DNA of 37,458 nucleotides from Eubacteriales Family XIII. Incertae Sedis bacterium (GCA_031278255.1 JAITKU010000117.1:1-37458), one strand, 5' to 3'; shown: positions 16,771 to 25,406, counted from the stretch's first letter. Numbers and translations are program-made. The notes: generated by a model not told the origin, from the sequence alone.

Positions 16771-17013
16771 GTGCGAATCGATAAATTTTTGAAGAACGCG
16801 CGTATCATCAAGCGGCGCACGATCGCCAAGGAGGCCTGCGACCGGGAGCGCGTGTTCCTGAACGGCCGGCCGGCGAAGCCCGGCGCCGAGGTCAAGGTCG
16901 GGGACCTTGTACACGTGCGCTTTGGGAACGGCGAGATCAAATTGCGTGTCGCGGCCCTGCCGGAGTCCGTGCGCAAGGAGGACGCGGCTTCCATGTACGA
17001 ACTCCTGCCTTAG
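16771..17013 (+). CDS. rqcP: S4-domain RNA-binding protein YabO/RqcP
   Basis: (M)RIDKFLKNARIIKRRTIAKEACDRERVFLNGRPAKPGAEVKVGDLV matches the YabO-type S4 domain. The GTG at 16771 has a GGAGG 5 nt upstream. The ORF-track alternative is the GTG at 16759. Confidence 0.85.
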   Translation: MRIDKFLKNARIIKRRTIAKEACDRERVFLNGRPAKPGAEVKVGDLVHVRFGNGEIKLRVAALPESVRKEDAASMYELLP

Positions 17014-17068
17014 GCGCGATGCGAAAGACCGCCGCCCGGGGTGCGGGCGGCGGTCTTTCGCATCGCGC
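17014..17068. terminator. perfect 25-bp inverted repeat (5-nt loop) between convergent genes; probable bidirectional terminator
   Basis: GCGCGATGCGAAAGACCGCCGCCCG (17014-17038) is the exact reverse complement of 17044-17068, with loop GGGTG. No U-tract is present on either side. Confidence 0.55.
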
Positions 17069-17106
17069 GGCGCGGCGTACGAAAAGCGCCGACAGCCTGT
17101 TTGATC

Positions 17107-18498
17107 CTACTTGATATTCGCGATATCGGGTCCCGTGATCTTGACGGGCTTGCACTTCACAAAGCGTCCGGCGCCTTTCTTGCCGAGGAATTTGCCGTCC
17201 TCGTACACGAGGGAACCCCTGCTGTAGGTCGCGACGGGATAGCCTTTGAGCTTGACGCCCTCCCATACGGTGTGGTCGTTGTCGCCGTGCATCAGATCGT
17301 TTTTGATCGTGAAATCCTTTTGCGGATCATAGATCACGATATCGGCGTCGAGTCCGGCCCGGATCGCCCCTTTCTGCGCGGACAGCCCGAAGATCTTCGC
17401 TACGTTGGTCGCGCAGACCTCCACGGCCTTATTGAAGCTGAGCCGCCCCTTGTTCGCTTCGGACAGGATGTAGGGGTACATGTTCTCGATGCCGGCGCAG
17501 CCGTTCGGAATCTTCGTGAAGTCGTGCAGACCCCAATCCTTTTCCGCCTGCAGGAAAGGGCAGTGGTCCGTCGCGACCGTCGAGATATCGCCGCGCAACA
17601 GGCCCGCCCACAGCGCGTCGCGGGATTCCCTTCCTTTGATCGGCGGCGAACACACCCAGTTTCTTCCGTCCTCTCGCTTGTAGACCTCGTTTGTGAAGTG
17701 CAGGTACTGGGGACAGGTCTCCGCGAAGATCGGATAGCCCTCGTTTCTGGCCCTTGTGACCGCGTCCATGCCCTGCTTGTTCGCGAGGTGGACGATGTAG
17801 AGGGGCGCGTTCAAACTCTTGGCCCACGCGATGGCCCTCTCGTCGGCCTCGCCCTCGACGAATTCCGGCCGCGACAGATAATGATACCACGCCGAGGTCT
17901 TGCCCTCTTCGAGGAAGCGCTTCACGAACATGTTCACCATCTCGTTGTTCTCCGCGTGGACGGCTATCAGCGCGCCGATACGCCTTGCGCGTTCGAGTAC
18001 CCTATAGAACACGCCGTCCGTAACGCCGAAATCATAGACCATGAACACCTTGAAACTCGGTACGCCGTATTTGACGCAGGTTTCGAGGCTGCCGAGCAGA
18101 TCACCCTCGACATCCTTGACGCCCACGTGAAAGGCGTAGTCCACAGTCGCCTGCGGCGCGCAGATTTCCTCCCGCCGCTTCACCGTGTCCTCCATGCGCT
18201 CGCCGAAATCCTGCAGGGCGAAATCGAACACGGTGGTCGTGCCGCCGCAGGCCGCAGCGCGCGTTCCCGCCTCGTAGTCGTCGGCGGAGATCGTTCCGCC
18301 GAAAGGCATTGCGAGGTGCGTGTGGGCGTCTATGGCGCCGGGGAGTACGAGCTTGCCCGCGGCATCGACGAGCTTCGCGCCGGGCGCGGGCTTGATATCG
18401 ACGCCCACCTGCGCGATCTTCCCGGCCCTGACCGCGACATCCGCCTTGAATGTGGCGTCGGATGTCACGACCTTCCCGTTTTTGATTAACAGATCCAT
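17107..18498 (-). CDS. dihydropyrimidinase / D-hydantoinase (cyclic amidohydrolase)
   Basis: Matching stretches are MDLLIKNGKVVT...LPGAIDAHTHLAMPFGGT and the carboxylated-Lys context VPSFKVFMVY. VHAEN and ATDHCPF motifs are also present. The product is 463 aa. Confidence 0.9.
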   Translation of the reverse strand: MDLLIKNGKVVTSDATFKADVAVRAGKIAQVGVDIKPAPGAKLVDAAGKLVLPGAIDAHTHLAMPFGGTISADDYEAGTRAAACGGTTTVFDFALQDFGERMEDTVKRREEICAPQATVDYAFHVGVKDVEGDLLGSLETCVKYGVPSFKVFMVYDFGVTDGVFYRVLERARRIGALIAVHAENNEMVNMFVKRFLEEGKTSAWYHYLSRPEFVEGEADERAIAWAKSLNAPLYIVHLANKQGMDAVTRARNEGYPIFAETCPQYLHFTNEVYKREDGRNWVCSPPIKGRESRDALWAGLLRGDISTVATDHCPFLQAEKDWGLHDFTKIPNGCAGIENMYPYILSEANKGRLSFNKAVEVCATNVAKIFGLSAQKGAIRAGLDADIVIYDPQKDFTIKNDLMHGDNDHTVWEGVKLKGYPVATYSRGSLVYEDGKFLGKKGAGRFVKCKPVKITGPDIANIK

Positions 18499-18522
18499 GC
18501 TGTTCTCCTTTTTCGTTCCCGT

Positions 18523-20055
18523 CTAGCGCTCGGTGATCGCCGCTTCTTCCTCGTTGCTGATAAAGGAACCCGTTTCGCTCTTCATGAGAATAATGTATAC
18601 GATAAGCCCGACGACGAAGCCGAAGATGTAACCGTTGGCGGCGATCCAAGAGAACGCCGCGTTGTTCGCGAGCAGGGTGCTGCCGAGCGTGGGCAGTATG
18701 AAACCGCAGACCCAAGCGATGATCGCGCGCACGTTCCAGCCGCCCTGATACCAATAGCGGCCCTCGGCGCCCTGATACAGCGCCATGACATCGACGTTCC
18801 GTTTCTTGATGATGTAATAGTCGGCGATGAAGATGGCCGCGATCGGCGCGAGAATGCCTCCGTATACGTTCAGCCAATCGAAGATATAGGCGCCGGGACC
18901 GCCGAAGATATGCCACGGCTGGTACGCGACAGCGATGATACAGGATATGATAACGCCCAGCGCGTAGGTGATGCGTTTCGGTGAGATATTTGAAAAACCG
19001 TTGGCCGGGGCAACCACGTTGGCCGCTATATCGGTCGTGATGGTGGCCACGAGGACGCCGACCGACACCACGAAAGTGAGGGCCGGATAGGGCAGATATT
19101 GGAGGGCGACCGTGGGATCGAAGATCGGGCTTCCGTCCTCGGCGATACGCGCCAAGGCGGTCGCCTGCGCGAAGAAAGCGCCGACGAAAGCGCAGATCGC
19201 CATCGCGAGGGGCATTCCGTAGAGTTGGCCGCGAAACTGCGCCTTTTGGTTGACGGCGTAGCGCGAGAAGTCCGGAATGTTCAGGGCCATCGTCGCCCAA
19301 AACGCGATGTTTGCCGTAAGCCCGCCGAGGAAAATGTAAATCAGTCCTCCGTTGCTGTTGACCGCGGCGTAGTTGGTCGTGGCCTGAATGACATCGCCGA
19401 AACCGAAGCCCTCACCGTGCGCGAGCAGCAGGGACCATATGAACAAACCGATCGTCAGGGCGATCAGCACGGGCGCGCTGATCGCTTCGAGCATGCGGAT
19501 GGCCCGCGCGCCCCTTGCCGCGATCCAGCATACGAACGCGAGAAAGACGAAGAAGCCGATGTACTGCGCGGAGCCGAGGTCCCGAAAAGACGGCACGAAT
19601 ACCGCGACGAGCGAAACGACCGCCGCGCCGCCGATCCATGACTGGATCGCGTTCCAACCGCAGGCGGTGACCGCCCTGGAGAGCGCCGGTATGTGGGCGC
19701 CCACAATGCCGAAAGTCATGCGCGCGAACACGGGGAAAGGGATACCGTACTTCGTGCCGGCGTGTGAATTCAACTGGATGGGAATCAGCACGATGATGTT
19801 GCCGAGCGCGACGTTGAGTACGGCCAGCCACGGGGAAAGCCCGAGCCCGACGAGGGACGAGGCCATTGCGAAAGACGGAAGGCAGACGGACATGCCGATC
19901 CAGAGGGCGGCGATGTGGTAGGTACTCCAGTTTCTTTCGGACAGCGAAGTCGGCGCCAAGTCCTTGTTGTAATACTTGGAATCGATCAACTCCGCGCGGG
20001 CCGCGTCCGTTAACTCATACAGACCGCTGCGTTCTTTCTGTGTGCATTTGGACAT
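18523..20055 (-). CDS. NCS1-family nucleobase/hydantoin/allantoin:cation symporter
   Basis: This is a 12-TM type protein. Its N-terminus carries YNKDLAPTSLSERNWSTYHIAALWIGMSV, typical of NCS1 (Mhp1/PucI/CodB-like) permeases. The ATG at 20055 has a GGAGG RBS at 20063-67. The ORF-track start at 20151 lies in AT-rich promoter DNA. Confidence 0.85.
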   Translation of the reverse strand: MSKCTQKERSGLYELTDAARAELIDSKYYNKDLAPTSLSERNWSTYHIAALWIGMSVCLPSFAMASSLVGLGLSPWLAVLNVALGNIIVLIPIQLNSHAGTKYGIPFPVFARMTFGIVGAHIPALSRAVTACGWNAIQSWIGGAAVVSLVAVFVPSFRDLGSAQYIGFFVFLAFVCWIAARGARAIRMLEAISAPVLIALTIGLFIWSLLLAHGEGFGFGDVIQATTNYAAVNSNGGLIYIFLGGLTANIAFWATMALNIPDFSRYAVNQKAQFRGQLYGMPLAMAICAFVGAFFAQATALARIAEDGSPIFDPTVALQYLPYPALTFVVSVGVLVATITTDIAANVVAPANGFSNISPKRITYALGVIISCIIAVAYQPWHIFGGPGAYIFDWLNVYGGILAPIAAIFIADYYIIKKRNVDVMALYQGAEGRYWYQGGWNVRAIIAWVCGFILPTLGSTLLANNAAFSWIAANGYIFGFVVGLIVYIILMKSETGSFISNEEEAAITER

Positions 20056-20082
20056 GCGATACCTCCTTTGTACAATACTGTT

Positions 20083-20107
20083 TAAATGGTTCGGAATGAA
20101 CCGTTTA
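20083..20107. promoter_or_regulatory. 9/10-match palindrome TAAATGGTTC-N5-GAACCGTTTA in the leader of the NCS1/hydantoinase operon (candidate operator)
   Basis: Read directly from the sequence. The palindrome lies between the putative -10 box and the RBS of the permease gene. Confidence 0.45.
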
Positions 20108-20121
20108 TAATGGCAATTAAT

Positions 20122-20151
20122 ATTATACAGTACACAAAGGTGGAAAGGCAA
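20122..20151 (-). promoter_or_regulatory. putative sigma-A promoter (TTGCCT-18 nt-TATAAT, minus strand) for NCS1/hydantoinase operon
   Basis: On the minus strand, TATAAT corresponds to + strand 20122-20127 and is preceded by TG. TTGCCT corresponds to 20146-20151. The surrounding intergenic DNA is AT-rich. Confidence 0.45.
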
Positions 20152-20224
20152 ACAGAAATAAAATCAATTAAAGGATAATAATGGAACAATAGGGGCTTAA
20201 AGCGCTTCGCCGAAAGGCGCGGCC

Positions 20225-20863
20225 TCAGCCCTCGTTTGTTTTTCGCGCAAGGGGGGGGGTAATGCCCTCGAACAACACCTTGAAAAAGGCTTCATCGGGG
20301 TCCTCGGATTCGGGAAAGCGGAAAGGCAGGTCGAGAAACGGCGCGCTGCAGGAACAGGCCGCGAAGAGGTTGAAAGCGCCGATCATGCAGGCGGCCGTCG
20401 TGAGGGGGTCCGTCTCGCGAAATTCGCCGCGCGCCGTTCCCTCACGCAAGAGGTCGCCGAACACGCGGAACTTGAAAGTGATGATCCTGTGCGCGGCGGA
20501 GGCGATCGTCGCGTTGCCTATGAGTTCGGCGTGCAACAGGAGTTTGGGCAAAAGCTCACGCCCTTTTGTGAAATCGGAGAGGAAATCCATCTCCATGCGC
20601 ATAAAGCTGCGGATACGCGACGCGCAGGAGGCATTCTTGTCGAGGCGTTCCTCAAAGGCGAGGTAGGGGCGTATCACCTTTGTGTGCAGGAGTTCGTCGA
20701 ACAAGGCCTCCTTGCTCGTGAAATACTCGTACAGCGTCGCTTTTGCGAGGCCGGCGCGCGCGGCGATCTCCGACATCTTCGCGTTCGTGTAGCCGTTCAC
20801 GAGAAATGTATCGAAAGCCGCCTCGAATATCCGTTCCTTTTTCTGTGTCCTGCCGTCCTCCAT
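20225..20863 (-). CDS. TetR/AcrR family transcriptional regulator
   Basis: The N-terminal HTH, ERIFEAAFDTFLVNGYTNAKMSEIAARAGLAKATLYEYFTSKEALF, is a canonical TetR_N domain. The start lies 17 nt downstream of the RND gene stop and has a GGAGG RBS. Confidence 0.88.
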   Translation of the reverse strand: MEDGRTQKKERIFEAAFDTFLVNGYTNAKMSEIAARAGLAKATLYEYFTSKEALFDELLHTKVIRPYLAFEERLDKNASCASRIRSFMRMEMDFLSDFTKGRELLPKLLLHAELIGNATIASAAHRIITFKFRVFGDLLREGTARGEFRETDPLTTAACMIGAFNLFAACSCSAPFLDLPFRFPESEDPDEAFFKVLFEGITPPLARKTNEG

Positions 20864-20880
20864 CCTTGCCTCCGAAAATC

Positions 20881-23800
20881 CTACGCGCGGAGCATACCGG
20901 CCGCTTCCAGCCTCTCGCGCTTCGCGGCGCGCTTTGCGGCGCGTTTTTGCTTGAAGCGTTCGCTGCGGTCGTCCACGATGGTGTAGATCACCGGCACGAT
21001 TACCAGCGTGATAACCGTGGAGAAGAGCAGCCCGCCTATGACCGTAATGCCCATCGGCGCCTGCAACTCCGCGCCCGAGCCGAGTCCGAGCGAGAGCGGC
21101 AGGAGTCCGAGACAGGTGGTCAACCCCGTCATGAGGATGGGTCTGAGCCTGAACCGGCCCGCGTTCACGATGGCCTCCTCCCGCGAATCGTAGACGGCCT
21201 TGTTTTGATTGATAAAGTCTATCAGCAGTATGGAATTGTTCACGACGATGCCCGACAGCATGATGATGCCGAGGAAAGCCACGAGGGACAGCGGCGTGTC
21301 TGTGATGAACAGCGCGAGGAAAGCGCCGGTCAGCGCGAAAGGTATGGCCAGCATGATGATGAGGGGCTGTATCAGCGATTCAAACTGCGAGGCGAGGATC
21401 ATGAAGATGATCAGTATCGCCAGAAGCAACGCGTAGAACAGGCTCGTGAAAGATTCGACCATCTCCTCCGTTTCGCCCCCGATCCGCCACGTGTAGCCCT
21501 CGGGCATAAGGTAGGCCGAGAGCGTGCTTTCCACGTCGGCGGACACCGACTGCAGATCGCGGCCCGTCACGCCCGCGGATATCGTCGCCGTCCGGACCTG
21601 ATCCTCCCGGTCTATCTGCGCCGGTGAGTTGTCGTACACCACGTCGGCGATTTCGCCCACCGTCACCGTCTGCCCCGTGGGCGCGGTCAATTCTATTTGC
21701 AGCATATTCTCGACGGAACCGCCGTATTCCCCGTTCAGGGAAAGCACGACATCCGTTTCCTCGCCGTCGGACTTGAGCGTCGTGGCCGTCGTGCCCGAGA
21801 GGGCCGCGCGCAGCGACTGCGCGAGTTGGTAGGCCGTGAGTCCGTAGACGGCCGCGCTGCGGCGGTTGATATAGACCCGTATTTCGGGATTGCCGTCCTC
21901 CATGCTGTTTTCCACGTTCATCGTGCCCGGGACGGCGCGGAGGATATCCTCAAAATCGGTCGATATCCGGCGCAGCATATCGAGATCGTCGCCCTGCACG
22001 GATACGGAGATCGGATTGCCGCCCAGGGACATGCTCATGGACGAGGTTTCCGTCACCGTCACCTGCGCGCCGACGACACCGCTGAGGTCCTCCGCGATCT
22101 GCCGCACGATCTCGGAGGTGCTTTTCTCCCGGTCCTTCTTGTCCGTCAGGTTCACGGTAATGCTTGCCGTGTTTGCGCCGCTCTCGCCGAACAGCCCGCC
22201 GCCGCCGATTTGGGTGGCGCTGCCGGTCAATTCGGGGACCTCTGCGGACACGTAGGCTTCGATCTCGGAAACGATGCGATCCGCGTCGGCGATCGTCGTT
22301 CCGTAGGGCATTTCCACATCTATGCTCAGGCTGCCCTCGTCGCTGGTGGGCAGGAGGACGCCGCCGACCATGCCGATCAGCGCGGCGGAGAGCAGGAGCA
22401 GGGCGAGCGCGCCCGCGATGATACGCTTCCTGTGCGACAGCGCGTAGCGCAAAAGGTGCGTATAAGCCTCGGTGAGGGCGCGGATTCCCTTCTCGAACAC
22501 GGGCAGAACGGGCATTTTGCGAACGCGCCCGCGCCACAGGAAGGTATCGCCGATGTTTTCCGTGCGCATGAGCCGCGAACACAGCATCGGCACGACGGTC
22601 AGCGCCACGAGCAGGGAGCAGAGCAGCGCAAAGCCTATCGTATAGGAAAATTCCTTGAAGATCATGGATGAGATGCCCTCCACGAACACGATGGGCAGGA
22701 ATACGGCGATCTTCGTCATGGTGGCCGCGAACACGGGCATTGTGACCTCGCGCGCGCCGCGGATCGACGCGTCGGGGGCGGATGTTCCGTCGCTTCGCAA
22801 TCTGTAAATATTTTCCATTACAACGATGGAATCGTCCACGAGCATACCGATCCCGACGGCCAGCCCCGAGAGGGAGAGTATGTTCATCGTGATACCCGTG
22901 AAGTACATCAAGATGAAAGTGGCGATGATCGAGGTGGGTATGGATATGGCGATGATCATCGTGGAGGCCCAGTTGCGCAGGAATACGAAACAGACGATGA
23001 TCGCGAGCAGACAGCCCATGATCGCGGTTTCCGCCACGTTGCGGATCGATCGGTTGATGAAGTCCGCCTGATCCATGGAGATCGAGAAATGCAGGTCCGG
23101 GCGCGCGGCGGAGAGCTTGTCGAGCGCCTTGTGGATATCCCGCGAAACGGCCACCGTGTTGGAAACGGTCTGCTTCGTCACGCTGATACCGATCGCGGGC
23201 GCGCCGTTCACGCGGCCGACGGAAGTGGACTCTTTTTCCCGCTGCTCTATCTTGCCGAGGTCGCGCAGGTAGATCACCTCCCGCGTCGGCAATGTGATCG
23301 GAAGCTCGGCCAGTTCCTCTACGGACGAAAATTCGCCCATCGTGCGCACGATGAGCTTGCGGCCGCCGCGCGTCACGTCGCCGCTGGGCATCGCGATGTT
23401 CTCGGCCGCCAATATCTGCGCGATCTGCGAGAGCGTCAGGTGATATCCGGCCAAACGTTCCTGATTGATCTCGATGCCGATCTCGTTTTCGCGGCCGCCG
23501 AAAGCGGAGACCGAAGCCACGCCCTCCGTGCGCTCGATCGCGGGCAGCACCTCGTCGTCCACGATCTGCTGCAGTTCGGTGAGGGGCAGATCGCTCGACG
23601 CGTAGATCACGGAAACGGGCATCATATCCGGGTCCATCGCGATGATCATGGGGTCCGTCGCGTCGTCGGGCAGGTAGCCGCTGATCAAATCCACGGCCTC
23701 GCGCAGGTTCAGACACGCGAAGTTCATATCCGTGCCGGCCTCAAACTCCGCCATGATAATGGCCATGCTGTCCATGGACATGGACGACATGCTTTTGATA

Positions 23801-24027
23801 CTCTCAACCGTCGCCACCTGCTGTTCGATGGGCCGCGTGAGCATGGTTTCGATCTCCGTCGGGGCGGCGTTCGGATATTGGACGACAACGATCGCGTAGG
23901 GCAATTCTATCTTGGGAAAGAGATCGATGGACAGTCGCGAGAAAGAGATGGCGCCGAGTACGACGATGATCAGCATGAGCATGATCGTGGTAACGGGGCG
24001 TTTTACGGCTATTTTTGAAAAGCTCAC
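20881..24027 (-). CDS. RND-family (AcrB/HAE-type) efflux transporter
   Basis: The 1048 aa product begins FSKIAVKRPVTTIMLMLIIVVLGAISFSRL..DLFP, an AcrB-type N-terminus. It has two large extracytoplasmic loops and 12 TM segments. It uses a GTG start with an AAGAGG RBS. Confidence 0.92.
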   Translation of the reverse strand: MSFSKIAVKRPVTTIMLMLIIVVLGAISFSRLSIDLFPKIELPYAIVVVQYPNAAPTEIETMLTRPIEQQVATVESIKSMSSMSMDSMAIIMAEFEAGTDMNFACLNLREAVDLISGYLPDDATDPMIIAMDPDMMPVSVIYASSDLPLTELQQIVDDEVLPAIERTEGVASVSAFGGRENEIGIEINQERLAGYHLTLSQIAQILAAENIAMPSGDVTRGGRKLIVRTMGEFSSVEELAELPITLPTREVIYLRDLGKIEQREKESTSVGRVNGAPAIGISVTKQTVSNTVAVSRDIHKALDKLSAARPDLHFSISMDQADFINRSIRNVAETAIMGCLLAIIVCFVFLRNWASTMIIAISIPTSIIATFILMYFTGITMNILSLSGLAVGIGMLVDDSIVVMENIYRLRSDGTSAPDASIRGAREVTMPVFAATMTKIAVFLPIVFVEGISSMIFKEFSYTIGFALLCSLLVALTVVPMLCSRLMRTENIGDTFLWRGRVRKMPVLPVFEKGIRALTEAYTHLLRYALSHRKRIIAGALALLLLSAALIGMVGGVLLPTSDEGSLSIDVEMPYGTTIADADRIVSEIEAYVSAEVPELTGSATQIGGGGLFGESGANTASITVNLTDKKDREKSTSEIVRQIAEDLSGVVGAQVTVTETSSMSMSLGGNPISVSVQGDDLDMLRRISTDFEDILRAVPGTMNVENSMEDGNPEIRVYINRRSAAVYGLTAYQLAQSLRAALSGTTATTLKSDGEETDVVLSLNGEYGGSVENMLQIELTAPTGQTVTVGEIADVVYDNSPAQIDREDQVRTATISAGVTGRDLQSVSADVESTLSAYLMPEGYTWRIGGETEEMVESFTSLFYALLLAILIIFMILASQFESLIQPLIIMLAIPFALTGAFLALFITDTPLSLVAFLGIIMLSGIVVNNSILLIDFINQNKAVYDSREEAIVNAGRFRLRPILMTGLTTCLGLLPLSLGLGSGAELQAPMGITVIGGLLFSTVITLVIVPVIYTIVDDRSERFKQKRAAKRAAKRERLEAAGMLRA

Positions 24028-24055
24028 ATTTACCTCTTTTCTTTTGGTTCTTCAC

Positions 24056-25207
24056 TTATTCGACGATGTTGACCTTGGATGCGGTGTTGAGGTAGAACTG
24101 CCCCTCCGTGACGACGCGGTCGCCCGCCGCAAGGCCGCTCTTGATCTCCGTGAGTTCGCCGTTGTCCACGCCCGCGACCACATCGTTCAGCACGACGCGG
24201 TTTTCGGCGTCTAGGCTGATCACGATCCGGCGGCCCGCGCGGGGGAATACGGCCGCCGAGGGTACGGCGAGTACGCCCTCCGCCCGGTCCGCCGTGATCG
24301 TAACCTCGGCAAACATGCCGGGTTTTACGGCCTCGCCCGGGTTTTCGAGGGTGATGACGACCGGGTAGGTGAGGGAACCCGTCGCGGGCGCGGGCGCGAG
24401 CGCCGTTACGGTCCCGCTGAAAGATTCGTCCTCCGAAACGGATTTCACCCGTACATCGACCGTATCGCCGATCTTGACCTTGTTGATCATATTCTCGGAA
24501 AGTCCGGTATTGATTTCAAGCTTGTCGATATTGGAGATCGTTACGGCGGGTGAGGTCTGCGAAGCCATGCCGCCGACGCTTACGTTCACGGAGGTGATGT
24601 GGCCGCCGATGGGCGCCGTGACGACGGCGTTTGCGATGGCGTCTCCCGCGGCCGCGTAGGATTCCCGCGCCATGTTGAACGCGGACTGCGCCTGCTCGTA
24701 CATCTGGAGCGCGACCGCGCCCTCCTCGTAGAGCGTCCGTATCCGTTCCAGATTCGTCACGGCGTCGTCGTAGGCGATCTTCGCCTGATTGACGCTCGTC
24801 GCCAACTGGTCCCTGTCTATTTCAAACAGGCGGTCGCCCTTGTTCACCCGTTTGCCGAGTTCCGCGTAGACCCGCGTGACCTCGCCCGGCAACTTGGGGA
24901 TCACGACGGCTTCCTCCGTCGCCTCGAGCCGGCCGGTCAGGATCAGGTTGCTGTTGATATCCGCAATGACGGCGTTTGCGACGCGGACGTTGATCGCAGC
25001 TTCCTCCGCCACCTCCTGCGGCGTGAGCCTGTCCGTCACGATACGAAAGCCCGCGATCGCGAGCAGGGCTATTATGAATACGGAGAGTATCCATTTGAGC
25101 GCCCGCCCCACGCGTCTGCGCGACTTCGCGTTTTCTTTTGCCGTATGCTCCTGTGTCGCCGCCGCGTTTTCCGCCGGTTCCGGGCCGTTTGTGTTTTCCT
25201 TGTGCAT
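24056..25207 (-). CDS. RND efflux periplasmic-adaptor (membrane fusion protein, HlyD_D23 type)
   Basis: It has an N-terminal TM anchor and a lipoyl/barrel-sandwich motif (VTRVYAELGKRVNKGDRLFEID). A coiled-coil hairpin and a beta-barrel follow (GMFAEVTI). It lies immediately upstream of the RND gene. Confidence 0.85.
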   Translation of the reverse strand: MHKENTNGPEPAENAAATQEHTAKENAKSRRRVGRALKWILSVFIIALLAIAGFRIVTDRLTPQEVAEEAAINVRVANAVIADINSNLILTGRLEATEEAVVIPKLPGEVTRVYAELGKRVNKGDRLFEIDRDQLATSVNQAKIAYDDAVTNLERIRTLYEEGAVALQMYEQAQSAFNMARESYAAAGDAIANAVVTAPIGGHITSVNVSVGGMASQTSPAVTISNIDKLEINTGLSENMINKVKIGDTVDVRVKSVSEDESFSGTVTALAPAPATGSLTYPVVITLENPGEAVKPGMFAEVTITADRAEGVLAVPSAAVFPRAGRRIVISLDAENRVVLNDVVAGVDNGELTEIKSGLAAGDRVVTEGQFYLNTASKVNIVE

Positions 25208-25333
25208 ACTCGTTGCCTTTCTCCTTTATGTGTGATACTATAAATAGACGGTCGTATTGTGCGGGCGGCGGACAGGGGTCTGCCGCACCCTCTGCGCCGG
25301 GGTTCGTAAAATCGCAATATCGGCTGAATTCCA

Positions 25334-25353
25334 TGCCGACCCGTCGGTCGGCA
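25334..25353. promoter_or_regulatory. inverted repeat TGCCGACC-N4-GGTCGGCA in the divergent MFP/nth intergenic region (candidate TetR operator)
   Basis: The perfect 8-bp arms were read from the sequence. The repeat is about 130 nt upstream of the MFP start and about 55 nt upstream of the nth start. Confidence 0.3.
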
Positions 25354-25406
25354 AGTATAAGTTTATCGTCGATACCGGTATATGTCAAGTATCTTTTTAT
25401 AATTTT

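Noticed and set aside
20088-20102. The GGTTCGGAATGAACC stretch resembles a tRNA T-arm.
   Set aside because: No acceptor, D or anticodon arms can be built around it. It is the centre of the operator-like palindrome in a promoter region.
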